DNA from: a bacterium
GTDB taxonomy: Bacteria; Sysuimicrobiota; Sysuimicrobiia; Sysuimicrobiales; Kaftiobacteriaceae
Length of the DNA: 25,163 nt
Reading direction: 5' to 3'
NCBI GenBank assembly: GCA_044868695.1
Contig: JBIOWP010000054.1
Coordinates: forward strand, 1 to 25,163
A program made the position numbers and the translations under genes. A model generated the notes under the pieces. The model was not told the DNA's origin and made no database searches. It was given only the letters and a program-made list of their open reading frames with translations. The first letter of the stretch is position 1; each line of letters starts with the position of its first letter. Of this stretch, positions 25,109 through 25,163 are shown piece after piece.

Positions 25109-25163
25109 GGCTTTCCAACCTTTCAACTTTTCAACTCGTGATCTCTGTGTTCTCCAGCGCCCG

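Overview
High-GC bacterial chromosomal segment; the Gram-positive-type SOS box, ThiT and Firmicutes-like gene order suggest a Terrabacteria lineage (inference). A XerC/XerD dif-like site at 4040-4067 has most genes on both sides pointing toward it, so this is probably the replication terminus. Right of dif is mostly core genome on the minus strand: TPP riboswitch-thiT-thiN-hslO, rpmB (+), recG-rsmD-coaD-coiled-coil-yceD-rpmF-plsX-fabH-fabD-fabG-acpP-fabF-rnc-HIT-CBS/GGDEF-M28 peptidase, a CNNM/hemolysin gene (+), and a paaA-dinB-paaB-paaC-paaD cluster. Left of dif are a DinB gene divergent from lexA across an SOS box, an RHH-DUF5678-like/aspartyl-protease gene pair, and a low-GC accessory block (about 125-1934). 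In that block, winged-helix and PLD-like genes are separated by two identical copies of a structured non-coding repeat of at least 124 bp (1-124, 629-752). This cassette-like arrangement without canonical attC boxes is the best candidate for an undescribed system. All calls come from reading the sequence and recalled motifs; no searches were run.
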